In this document: piece after piece, positions 8,729 through 16,337 of the stretch
How the letters are laid out: every line of letters begins with the position of its first letter
How positions within the stretch are numbered: the first letter of the stretch is position 1
Virus record (IMG/VR): IMGVR_UViG_3300011164_000019
Coordinates: 10,641-74,640 of that record
Length of the DNA: 64,000 nucleotides
Source of the DNA: a virus
Taxonomy: Duplodnaviria; Caudoviricetes
Strand: one strand, 5' to 3'
Translations under genes and position numbers: made by a program
The notes under the pieces: generated by a model
The model's database searches: none
Told to the model about the DNA's origin: nothing
What the model saw: the letters and a program-made list of their open reading frames with translations, nothing else

Positions 8729-9529
8729 TCAGTGAAGGGTCATGGTTTTCTGGAAGGTCACCTTGCGGGATTCTTTCTCGTTCAAACCACCGTTGATGAA
8801 GTATTGGTGGATCAGCGTGTTGATCAGTCGAGCACCGATGGTGTTCTTCTCGAAGTTCTGCTCAACCACGGTCATGACCGCCTTGACCACTTCAGCCTTC
8901 TTGGCATCGGTGAACAGTTCCAGGTAGTTGGCCAGCAGGTTGCTGGATTCCAGGATCTGTCGGAGATCGTCCAGGGTCAGTTTCTCCAGCCCATAAGCCA
9001 GACCCACACGTCCCAGGAACTCGGTCTTGATGCCCATTTCACGCAGGCGATCGAGGTCGATGTTCTCTTCCCCGTTGAATGCACCTGCGAAGACGAACAG
9101 CACGTTGTCGGTCTTGATATCGACGTACTTGCCGTAGTCGCCATAGATCGAGGCACGGCCTTCAAGCACCTTCAGGAACTCGTTCTGCACACCGTTGGTG
9201 GTTTCATGAGCCAGGCTGGAGTTGCTGTTGCCCGAGATGAACAGCTTGTCGAATTCATCGACGAAGCAGATCACCGGCATACCGCCGTACTGCAGCAGAG
9301 GAGTGAGTGCCTTGCTGACGCTGTTGCCGCTGGTGCCTTCTTTGGTCAGCTGGGCAGCGTTCACTTCCACCATCGGGATCTGCAGGGCATCAGCCAGCGA
9401 TTGAATGGTGTGGCTCTTACCCGAACCGGACGGACCCGTCAGCATGAAGTGCGGACGGATCTGTGCTTCGGAACTGGTGAAGATGTTCAGAATGCGGCTG
9501 ATGGCTTTAAGGGCTAGTTCGTTGCTCAT
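8729..9529 (-). CDS. Minimal ClpX/HslU-like AAA+ ATPase (266 aa)
   Basis: GPSGSGKS, NAAQLTKEG, VDEFDKL, GVQNEFLKVLEG, LFVFAGAF, EFLGRV, GAR; start at ATG 9529 with an AAGGAAG RBS. Confidence 0.85.
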   Translation of the reverse strand: MSNELALKAISRILNIFTSSEAQIRPHFMLTGPSGSGKSHTIQSLADALQIPMVEVNAAQLTKEGTSGNSVSKALTPLLQYGGMPVICFVDEFDKLFISGNSNSSLAHETTNGVQNEFLKVLEGRASIYGDYGKYVDIKTDNVLFVFAGAFNGEENIDLDRLREMGIKTEFLGRVGLAYGLEKLTLDDLRQILESSNLLANYLELFTDAKKAEVVKAVMTVVEQNFEKNTIGARLINTLIHQYFINGGLNEKESRKVTFQKTMTLH

Positions 9530-10010
9530 TGGATTCTTCCTTGGGCGTGAGCAGCTTCTGCAGCTGCATGAAGTTGTCGAGGAATTTGCTGGGAGAGAGG
9601 GAGTCGATGAGTGCCTGAGCATCTGCTTCGGCTTTCTTCGTTGCAGCCCTGGCGATGTAAGAGAGAAAGGCTTTTTTGTACTCAGCGGCGAAGTTGTTGC
9701 TGAAGTTGTGAAGCTCCATTTGAGTGAGTTCAGGCAACTTAATATGAGCAAACCACTCGTGCAGGATTTGTTCCTGGGTTTTCTTGAGATAATCGCCAAT
9801 CACAGAGTTGCCACTGCGTCCATTACAGTGATCAAGTTCCCAGCCGTTTCCCCAGCGAGAGTTAAAGCCAAGTAACTTCAGGACAACTTCCTTGGAAGAA
9901 TTATCCAAGCTCTTATGAACCTTCTCACGAATGGCTTCAGGAGTATTAGCTGCATGCCAACTCTCCAGAGCGGAGTTTATGACCTCTACTAGATCTTCTT
10001 GGGTATTCAT
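9507..10010 (-). CDS. Hypothetical protein
   Basis: 167-aa ORF with a GGAG RBS. Confidence 0.75.
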   Translation of the reverse strand: MNTQEDLVEVINSALESWHAANTPEAIREKVHKSLDNSSKEVVLKLLGFNSRWGNGWELDHCNGRSGNSVIGDYLKKTQEQILHEWFAHIKLPELTQMELHNFSNNFAAEYKKAFLSYIARAATKKAEADAQALIDSLSPSKFLDNFMQLQKLLTPKEESNEQRTSP

Positions 10011-10020
10011 TAATACTCCC

Positions 10021-10215
10021 TTACGCCGCTCTACTGCGATTAAGTTCTGCCAACAATGTGTTGTGGTACATCATCAGCAGACTGAACATCTTGTTACGGT
10101 CCACCACCGGAACTTGTGACTCGATGAAAGTCACTGCATCAGTGGTGGAGTCCATAGTGGGATACAGGCTCATGTGTTCCGGGGCAGACTTCTTGCCTTC
10201 AATTGCTTTCAACAT
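10021..10215 (-). CDS. Hypothetical protein (64 aa)
   Basis: MLKAIEGKK...YHNTLL; AAGGAAG RBS before ATG 10215. Confidence 0.7.
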   Translation of the reverse strand: MLKAIEGKKSAPEHMSLYPTMDSTTDAVTFIESQVPVVDRNKMFSLLMMYHNTLLAELNRSRAA

Positions 10216-10588
10216 GTTGTTCTTCCTTGGGTTGTAGAGAGAGTAGCCAGTTACCAATGGAAGTACGCGAGAACAAGGTCAGGAGTCTGTCTTGTTCCAG
10301 TCCTTCTAGGTAACGCTGGACATTGGGGAATGTGAGTGCCGGCATGTGGATCACTTCTTCCAACTTGGCGGCGTTGAGTTTGTACTTGTCGGCCACCTGC
10401 AACAGATTGGCTTGTTCGATAGTGATTGCAGGTGTCTTACCGGTAATGCCTTTTTCACGCAGTACCTTACTGATTGTTCCTACCGATACTTTGTATTGGT
10501 TGGCCAGGTCATACATGGTGTGAAACTTCAAAGAATAGATACGAGCGATCTCGTTCTGCTCTTTGTCAGAGAGAATCCAAACGGTCAT
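10199..10588 (-). CDS. Helix-turn-helix DNA-binding protein
   Basis: MYDLANQYKVSVGTISKVL is a typical HTH pattern. Confidence 0.75.
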   Translation of the reverse strand: MTVWILSDKEQNEIARIYSLKFHTMYDLANQYKVSVGTISKVLREKGITGKTPAITIEQANLLQVADKYKLNAAKLEEVIHMPALTFPNVQRYLEGLEQDRLLTLFSRTSIGNWLLSLQPKEEQHVESN

Positions 10589-10734
10589 TGATGGAGTCCT
10601 AAATAGGGAGTCTGTCTATCGGCTGCACATAGTAGAAATGACTGTCTTTCCGATAGTCAGTATATCGGTATGAAGTTTTGGAGAAGTTCTCCAGTACTTC
10701 TATGACTGTCTTCGTTCAGCTGTGCTGGTACTGG

Positions 10735-10763
10735 AAAAAAAGATGCAACCCCGAAGGGCTGCA
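10735..10763 (-). terminator. Intrinsic terminator downstream of RNAP II genes
   Basis: ATGCAGCCC-TTC-GGGTTGCAT followed by CTTTTTTT on the minus strand. Confidence 0.8.
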
Positions 10764-10774
10764 TGGGGAGTTGC

Positions 10775-10800
10775 TTCACAAAGTGCGCGGAGCGCACCTG
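10775..10800 (-). promoter_or_regulatory. Template-strand hairpin element, class II (GGA loop)
   Basis: Plus strand TTC-ACA-AA-GTGCGC-GGA-GCGCAC-CTG. Confidence 0.6.
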
Positions 10801-10801
10801 T

Positions 10802-12049
10802 TCAACTTAAGGCATAGTTCGATTTGCGGATGTACTCAGACAAGTTCTGCATACGCTTAGGGACGGTGCCAGCAACACCATGGATCTGGCTCAGAATGTC
10901 ACTGAGGACTTCCGAGTCAGCCAGTTCTGCAAGGATCTCCTTGTACCAGTGACGCACCCAGTTGACGTTGTTGGTATGGGCCGCGAACGAGTCATGGATG
11001 GTGATCACCGGGAACGGACGGTACTGCAGCATCCCATTGAGGATAGTGCTCAGTTGATACAGCTCTGGTTTGGTCAGTGAGCACACTGTTGTGGCGTCCA
11101 GATAGGGCAGGATCACTGCACTTGGCTGGCCGCTTCGACGGTACTGCTCAAGGTAGTAGGCGAAGACGGAATCCTCGTCATACCCCAGAGGCTCGCACTC
11201 ATAGTCGAGCATGTTGCGGCTCAACAACTCAGCCTCGATCAGCGTCTTGGCTTGGCTCGCTACTGATACGTCGTAGTTACAGCGACGCAGCAGCTCACGC
11301 AGGATGAAGGCGTCGATGGAGTGGATGACATTGGCCACGTTGGCACGGCCAGTCTTCTCACCCTCGTTGACGTAGTACTCGTAGGTGAAGGTGGCATGGT
11401 CCAGCTCATCCACCTCGATACGAGTGGTCTCCTTGACCATCACCTTGACCTTGGCATCGAAGCCATCAGGCAGCTTCCACGCATGGCTCAGTGCGAATGG
11501 TTGCCAGCTGGCCAGCAGATCCTGCAGCAGTTCCCATGCACCTGGTGCCACGATCTCGACAGCCTCATAGAAGGCTGCCAGCTCTTGGGTGCCTTCACCG
11601 AACAGGACCTTCGGCACCTTCTTGGAGCCGTAGCAGCTGGTCATGAGTGCCTGCTTGGTGTGCTTGCGAGGGACGGAGAATCCGCCACCCAACAAGCCAT
11701 TCATGCACTCGTTCAGGTCGGTGTAGGCATCGGCACGACGGTCAGGATCGACCAGACCGGTAGCCTTGGCACCTGCGATGCAGCCGGTGAGTACCGACAT
11801 GATCTGCACACCCGAGCAGGTGGCATCCATGGCCACCAGATGACCAGTGGGCTGGCCAGCTTGAGCCTTGCGAATGGCCATCACAGCCTTGAGGTACAGC
11901 GGCTTGGTTTCAGCCTGATCGAGCAGATCCTCCAGATGGTCGAGGTTGTCCCGTGCCCATTGGATGCGATCTTCGAAGCGGAGCTTGTCGAGGCCGAAGT
12001 TGTTGGCAGCGTCAATCAGCAAATACTCAAAGCCAGTGAATTTCATCAT
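10802..12049 (-). CDS. RNA polymerase II large subunit (N4 gp16-like, T7-type palm)
   Basis: Motif A DATCSG, motif B RKHTKQALMTSCYG, motif C IHDSF; AAAGGA RBS before ATG 12049. Confidence 0.93.
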   Translation of the reverse strand: MMKFTGFEYLLIDAANNFGLDKLRFEDRIQWARDNLDHLEDLLDQAETKPLYLKAVMAIRKAQAGQPTGHLVAMDATCSGVQIMSVLTGCIAGAKATGLVDPDRRADAYTDLNECMNGLLGGGFSVPRKHTKQALMTSCYGSKKVPKVLFGEGTQELAAFYEAVEIVAPGAWELLQDLLASWQPFALSHAWKLPDGFDAKVKVMVKETTRIEVDELDHATFTYEYYVNEGEKTGRANVANVIHSIDAFILRELLRRCNYDVSVASQAKTLIEAELLSRNMLDYECEPLGYDEDSVFAYYLEQYRRSGQPSAVILPYLDATTVCSLTKPELYQLSTILNGMLQYRPFPVITIHDSFAAHTNNVNWVRHWYKEILAELADSEVLSDILSQIHGVAGTVPKRMQNLSEYIRKSNYALS

Positions 12050-12124
12050 GGTTTCAATTCCTTTGGGCAATAGGGGACCGCCCCAGTGTTGATCACACCG
12101 GTAAGCGATTGATTTGGTTGTGGT

Positions 12125-12328
12125 TTAACGCCCCAAGAGGAGGGCTAGGGTTTTCACTTCGACAGGTACATCGTCTGGGTCACACGGCAGATGCGTACCG
12201 TGACTGATGCGAATCCAGTTACCGAATGGGGTGATGGCGAAAGCCCCATCCGGTAGATCGTCAGGCCATGTGACAGGGGTGTACTCGCCGTATACTTGTG
12301 ATCCGTAGAACACGACATAAGTCTTCAC
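12125..12328 (-). CDS. Small early protein with C-terminal DVP-x-EV-xx-LALLL motif
   Basis: 67-aa ORF, GTG start overlapping the RNAP1 stop. Confidence 0.7.
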   Translation of the reverse strand: MKTYVVFYGSQVYGEYTPVTWPDDLPDGAFAITPFGNWIRISHGTHLPCDPDDVPVEVKTLALLLGR

Positions 12329-13305
12329 ACACCCTCCACGATCTCTTCATCGGCCAGCTCAACGATGGCCTTCTTGAATGCACTGCCTTGGGTTGTGATG
12401 TGGTAGCCGATGGCATACAGCCGGCCACGCTTGTCCACCTTGTTGGTCAGGTAGAAGCGATTGCCTTGGTTGATCATTAGCATGTACATCTGGTTGGACT
12501 CAGCCTTGAAGGTGTCCCAGTTGTCGATTTGCTGTTGCAGGATCTCCTTGGCTTGAGCATCGGTCAGCACTTCACCGTCTTCGAGAGCCTTGTCCTTCAC
12601 GTTCTCCACACTGAAGGGTTTGTTGGGTTCCTCTTCCATGGCCAGCAGGAAGTCCACGTCCAGCTTGAGCGGGATCTGGTTCTGCAGGTTGATTACGTCC
12701 AGACACAGGTCACCGTCATGGTGATTGCCCTTGCCGAGCACAAGTGAATCGTTGTGGGTCTGGTGACCTGACTCATGGTTGTGGGTGACCAGATTGGGTG
12801 GACACACCATAGGTGGCAGGAAGCGTGAGTTGTACACGTAGTTGAGCATCTTCTCGCTGAGCGGAATGCGGCTCTGGATCATCAGGCTGGCAGCGTTGCT
12901 CAGCTTGTTGATATCGAATACGTCAGTGGCACACAGCACAGCCACCATCTCGGCGATGGTCTGGATGCCTTCACGCTTCTCGCTGAAGTGCAGCCGGCCT
13001 GCCAGCTGAGCCGTCACCGAGGTGAATAGCTCTTCACGCTGGCAGTAGGCGATCTGCACGAAGATGGTCAGCACCAGCTCCTCCAGATCAAGGCCACGGA
13101 CCTGTTCCAGTCGTGCCATCTTGGATTCGTAGTACTGGCCGTTCAGCCAGTCATTGAGCAGCTGAACGCCTTCCTGCACCTTGGCCTTCATCCACTCATT
13201 GGCCTCGATATCCTTGCGGATATAGCGGTCGATGTGATGCTTGGAGAACCGGTGTTCGTTGGCCAACTGTATGTCGTACGGCAGCATCAGAGTGGGATGA
13301 GTCAT
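12325..13305 (-). CDS. RNA polymerase II small subunit (N4 gp15-like)
   Basis: 326 aa; LPPMVCPP and DKRGRLY motifs; next to the RNAP2 gene. Confidence 0.92.
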   Translation of the reverse strand: MTHPTLMLPYDIQLANEHRFSKHHIDRYIRKDIEANEWMKAKVQEGVQLLNDWLNGQYYESKMARLEQVRGLDLEELVLTIFVQIAYCQREELFTSVTAQLAGRLHFSEKREGIQTIAEMVAVLCATDVFDINKLSNAASLMIQSRIPLSEKMLNYVYNSRFLPPMVCPPNLVTHNHESGHQTHNDSLVLGKGNHHDGDLCLDVINLQNQIPLKLDVDFLLAMEEEPNKPFSVENVKDKALEDGEVLTDAQAKEILQQQIDNWDTFKAESNQMYMLMINQGNRFYLTNKVDKRGRLYAIGYHITTQGSAFKKAIVELADEEIVEGV

Positions 13306-13320
13306 AGATATCTCCTTGGA

Positions 13321-13584
13321 TTAAATGGGCTTCAGAAGCAGGGCAGCCTGTACTTCAGGTGGTAGCTCGTGACGTTCCATCACGGTCGAACGTATTTGGC
13401 GTGGATGACGTTTGGCCTTGTCATAGGCATATCGCAGGTACTGTCCACCTGTATGCCGCTTGCGATACACAGTGGCATGAGGGTTGGCCTTGAGGTAACG
13501 AGAAGGGAATTCCAGCCAATCCTCATCTGGCTCAACGTGGTGCTGAAGCACGCCACGCTTCAGGCACAGGTACTGGATGCTCAC
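13321..13584 (-). CDS. Small early protein (C-terminal ELPPEVQAALLL)
   Basis: 87-aa ORF in the early operon, ATGA coupling. Confidence 0.7.
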   Translation of the reverse strand: MSIQYLCLKRGVLQHHVEPDEDWLEFPSRYLKANPHATVYRKRHTGGQYLRYAYDKAKRHPRQIRSTVMERHELPPEVQAALLLKPI

Positions 13585-13799
13585 ATCCGCTTCCTTGTGG
13601 TGATGAACTCGCCATCAATGAACTGATGGGTGATCACCTCACAGTGGTGGTAGTCGCTGAAGTAACTGATACGGATGTTGCTGCAACGCTCCATGTCGAT
13701 CACCTCAGTGATCTCACGGGCATCCTGCAGCGAGCGAACAGGCACGGAAGAAGTCTTGTTGGTGGGTGCAACGTCATAGCGAAGAGCAGAAACGGTCAT
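13581..13799 (-). CDS. Small early hypothetical protein
   Basis: 72 aa; AAGGA RBS. Confidence 0.7.
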   Translation of the reverse strand: MTVSALRYDVAPTNKTSSVPVRSLQDAREITEVIDMERCSNIRISYFSDYHHCEVITHQFIDGEFITTRKRM

Positions 13800-13811
13800 G
13801 GAAGATTCCTT

Positions 13812-14066
13812 TCAATTGGCAAGTAGAAATGCAGCACGCACCTTGGCAGGCACGTCAGTGAGGTGGCAGAGACGGTGACGCACACGGCCACGCTTGAAGA
13901 AGTAGCGAAGATGGGTGTGAGGCCCATCGAGACCTTCAGTTGGGATGAACAGCACCAGCTTGGGTCGGGCCTCAAGCAGCTCATGGAATGGCTCATCCGG
14001 GTCCATTTGCAGGTGCGAAACACTGTCTGTCACATGGTCAACAGCGATGATGGTCAGGTGGTTCAT
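13812..14066 (-). CDS. Small early protein (C-terminal DVPAKVRAAFLL)
   Basis: 84 aa; GGAA RBS. Confidence 0.7.
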   Translation of the reverse strand: MNHLTIIAVDHVTDSVSHLQMDPDEPFHELLEARPKLVLFIPTEGLDGPHTHLRYFFKRGRVRHRLCHLTDVPAKVRAAFLLAN

Positions 14067-14084
14067 GTCTGTTCCAGATAGAAC

Positions 14085-14106
14085 GAAGCCCCTGAATCGG
14101 GGCTTC
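14085..14106 (-). terminator. Terminator-like hairpin
   Basis: GAAGCCCC-N6-GGGGCTTC with a weak U tract. Confidence 0.5.
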
Positions 14107-14114
14107 TGTAGGGC

Positions 14115-14558
14115 TTACTCGATTGGTTTAGCCAAGAACTCTTTGAGGCGACCAAGGCTCTGCTTGGTGGCATCCAGAGCCTCTTGGAAGGTAGGGTTGG
14201 AAGCGTCGTAGATGATGTTTCGCCATTCATCCGGCAGGCAGCAGTTCACAGGAGCACCACGGAACATAGGTGCAATGTCCTGATCCTTGTAGCCGGCCAG
14301 ACCGCACCCAATGCGGGTGACGTTGAACTTCATTTCAGGATGCTCAGCAGCAAAGGCAAGGAAGTCCTTTACATGCACCTCAATCGCATACAGCGGTAGT
14401 GTGTGGATGTGCTCATCCTTGGTTGGAATCGCATAGGAACTGCCTTGCAGCCCCACACCTACTCGTTGGAGAGCACCATGGTGCTTACGGGCAAACAGGG
14501 CAGCACCAGCCCCATGGATACCGGCAAGGTTGCTGCCGAAGACGAAGATTTCACGCAT
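14115..14558 (-). CDS. A1S_2505-like phage protein, possible macrodomain fold
   Basis: IFVFGSNLAGIHGAGAA...SYAIPT...FNVTRIGCGLAG...IAPMF family signature. Confidence 0.75.
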   Translation of the reverse strand: MREIFVFGSNLAGIHGAGAALFARKHHGALQRVGVGLQGSSYAIPTKDEHIHTLPLYAIEVHVKDFLAFAAEHPEMKFNVTRIGCGLAGYKDQDIAPMFRGAPVNCCLPDEWRNIIYDASNPTFQEALDATKQSLGRLKEFLAKPIE

Positions 14559-14584
14559 GGTTCACTCCTTGGTTGAGAACAAAT

Positions 14585-14605
14585 TCCGTCACTCCAGCGA
14601 AGCTG
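14585..14605 (-). promoter_or_regulatory. vRNAP-type hairpin promoter, class I
   Basis: Plus (template) strand TCC-GTCACTC-CAGC-GAA-GCTG. Confidence 0.7.
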
Positions 14606-14610
14606 TCTGA

Positions 14611-14635
14611 CGAAAACGACGCATAAATAAAAAGG
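14611..14635. repeat. 25-nt element, copy 1 (copy 2 at 51748)
   Basis: CGAAAACGACGCATAAATAAAAAGG versus CGAAAACGACGCATATATAAAAGGG. Confidence 0.75.
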
Positions 14636-14664
14636 CCCACTACCCCATGAGGGCAGCAGGCCTT
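14629..14664 (-). terminator. Intrinsic terminator after the gp1-like gene
   Basis: AAGGCCTGCTGCCCTCATGGGGTAGTGGGCCTT followed by TTTATTT. Confidence 0.75.
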
Positions 14665-14684
14665 GGATGCAGCGGAGAACGGGC

Positions 14685-14954
14685 TTAGAAGCCGAGTTCG
14701 TTCTCCTTCACCTCTTTGTCGGCGAGCTGGAAGTCCAGCATGATCGCCTCCTGCATCTTCTGGATGGCCAGAGGATCAGAGGACAGACGCTTGAGCAGCG
14801 CAGCCTCGTAGGCCTTCGATTCCTTCAGGGAGATCGAACCGATCTTGCGACGGCCACCATCCGGAGTCGGAAGGTAGATGTTGATGAAGCCTTGGGAGCG
14901 CCAGTTTTCGTTGGCAACTTGAGGCTGGGCATTGCGAGCGGTGTTGAACGCCAT
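14685..14954 (-). CDS. N4 gp1-like early protein
   Basis: NWRSQGFINIYLP...KIG.I.LKES pattern, recalled from N4-like first early genes; lies directly behind a hairpin promoter. Confidence 0.7.
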   Translation of the reverse strand: MAFNTARNAQPQVANENWRSQGFINIYLPTPDGGRRKIGSISLKESKAYEAALLKRLSSDPLAIQKMQEAIMLDFQLADKEVKENELGF

Positions 14955-14998
14955 GGTGAATCTCCTTGCATTGGTCAGGTTGAGCGAAGGTGCTCGAT

Positions 14999-15020
14999 TC
15001 CATCTCTCCGGCGAAGCCGG
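14999..15020 (-). promoter_or_regulatory. vRNAP-type hairpin promoter, class I
   Basis: TCC-ATCTCT-CCGGC-GAA-GCCGG. Confidence 0.8.
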
Positions 15021-15056
15021 GCAGACGGTGGGAACGGGTAAAGCGTTGAGGCTGAC

Positions 15057-15227
15057 TCAGGCCAGCTCGATAGCGACGTAGTAGCCACGGCTGGCGTAGT
15101 AGTCCTCGATGGCACGAGCTATGGATTCATCGACGGTATCGACTGCGAGAAGCTGATCTTCATCGCTGACATAGATCGAGGCGACGGAATGCTCGTCGAC
15201 CTCGATCAGAGGGAAAGAGGAGGTCAT
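15057..15227 (-). CDS. Small acidic early protein (56 aa)
   Basis: MTSSFPLIEVDEHSVASIYVSDEDQLLAVDTVDESIARAIEDYYASRGYYVAIELA; GGAGG RBS, ATGA coupling. Confidence 0.7.
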   Translation of the reverse strand: MTSSFPLIEVDEHSVASIYVSDEDQLLAVDTVDESIARAIEDYYASRGYYVAIELA

Positions 15228-15343
15228 ACCAGACCTCCGAGATAACCGAAGATGAAGGCCAACAACACTCCACTGAAGAACAGTGTGAGTTTGTCGTCTC
15301 TAGTCAGGCCATGAGCCTCTTGCTTGTTATCAACTGTAGTCAT
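15224..15343 (-). CDS. 39-aa single-TM early peptide
   Basis: MTTVDNKQEAHGLTRDDKLTLFFSGVLLAFIFGYLGGLV; AAAGGA RBS. Confidence 0.65.
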   Translation of the reverse strand: MTTVDNKQEAHGLTRDDKLTLFFSGVLLAFIFGYLGGLV

Positions 15344-15371
15344 GTTGAATTCCTTTGAAGTAAAGACTCAC

Positions 15372-15397
15372 TTCCTCAAGCGAACGGAGTTCGCCTG
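15372..15397 (-). promoter_or_regulatory. Template-strand hairpin element, class II (GGA loop)
   Basis: TTC-CTC-AA-GCGAAC-GGA-GTTCGC-CTG. Confidence 0.65.
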
Positions 15398-15415
15398 AAG
15401 AACTGAAGAGAAGTG

Positions 15416-15607
15416 TTAGAGCTGTACTTGCTGACCTGCTGCATTGAGTAGGCGAGCACTCAATACAGTTTGACGATCAGCTCCTTGGAAGAACCCAGCT
15501 ACTTGAGTAAGCGCGTCACTATCGTCAGCAGCGAGCAATGCAACGTCTCGGTTGTTGTACTTGAGGGTGTAGCGCTGAGTCTTCTTACGAGGATGTAGGA
15601 AGGCCAT
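15416..15607 (-). CDS. Small early hypothetical protein
   Basis: 63 aa; GGAG RBS. Confidence 0.65.
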   Translation of the reverse strand: MAFLHPRKKTQRYTLKYNNRDVALLAADDSDALTQVAGFFQGADRQTVLSARLLNAAGQQVQL

Positions 15608-15629
15608 AGCAGTTCTCCGGTATGCAGGG

Positions 15630-15776
15630 TTAATTGCAGAAGGGTTGAATCAGGTAGTTGTGTCCTACCTCAGGTGTTGCACACCACTGAGGCATGTTGT
15701 GATTGAACAGGAGTCCAACCACAACCAGATGGAATACAACGATGAATGCAATGAGCAATGAGACAGTGGGTTGCAT
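15630..15776 (-). CDS. 48-aa single-TM early peptide with two Cys
   Basis: MQPTVSLLIAFIVVFHLVVVGLLFNHNMPQWCATPEVGHNYLIQPFCN; GAGG RBS. Confidence 0.6.
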   Translation of the reverse strand: MQPTVSLLIAFIVVFHLVVVGLLFNHNMPQWCATPEVGHNYLIQPFCN

Positions 15777-15789
15777 AAGAGCCTCGGAA

Positions 15790-15963
15790 TTAGAAAGGGA
15801 TTTCATTGGGTAGCTCAAGAGCACCATTGATCTCGAAGAAGTATTCGTCTGAGCTTTCACGAAGAGCACATGCACACATGGAGTTCCCATAGAACTCCTT
15901 GCCGTTCTTGAAGGCTTCAACCATGAAGTGTGTGAAGTATTGAAAGACGTGGAAGTTGTCCAT
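15790..15963 (-). CDS. Small early protein (57 aa)
   Basis: MDNFHVFQYF...NEIPF; GGAGA RBS. Confidence 0.6.
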   Translation of the reverse strand: MDNFHVFQYFTHFMVEAFKNGKEFYGNSMCACALRESSDEYFFEINGALELPNEIPF

Positions 15964-16029
15964 AACACTGTCTCCAGACATGAGGATGCACCCGACAAGC
16001 AACTTATCGGGTGTATATCGGTTTCGGTT

Positions 16030-16203
16030 TTAGGTAGGAATACCCCAATCATGCTGGGAGTAGTCGGGAGCAACTTGGTGTTCTGAGAAGAACTCCTCGT
16101 GCTTCACTTCCATATACGCAGCTTCATGCTCGTCGTCCGACATGAACACGGATTCGTTGAGGATGTTTTCTAGGAAAACAATAACGTGTTGGTTGTGGTA
16201 CAT
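16030..16203 (-). CDS. Small acidic early protein (57 aa)
   Basis: MYHNQHVIVFLENILNE...; AGGA RBS; directly downstream of a hairpin promoter. Confidence 0.6.
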   Translation of the reverse strand: MYHNQHVIVFLENILNESVFMSDDEHEAAYMEVKHEEFFSEHQVAPDYSQHDWGIPT

Positions 16204-16225
16204 GAGCAATGTCCTGTGGTGAATA

Positions 16226-16246
16226 TCCACTGCTCACGCGAAGCGT
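16226..16246 (-). promoter_or_regulatory. vRNAP-type hairpin promoter, class I
   Basis: TCC-ACTGCTC-ACGC-GAA-GCGT. Confidence 0.7.
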
Positions 16247-16309
16247 TGAGTATTGGTCTCTCTAAGACTCACTGTCTCAATGTGTATTGTGTACTTGTGT
16301 ATAAAGCTG

Positions 16310-16333
16310 TAACCCACTCCGAAGAGTGGGTTA
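16310..16333 (-). terminator. Terminator-like hairpin
   Basis: TAACCCACTC-TTCG-GAGTGGGTTA, 10-bp stem, weak U tract. Confidence 0.6.
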
Positions 16334-16337
16334 GTGG

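Noticed and set aside
15987-16015. 13-bp imperfect hairpin in the early region
   Set aside because: Probably an ordinary terminator or processing stem; single copy with no further support
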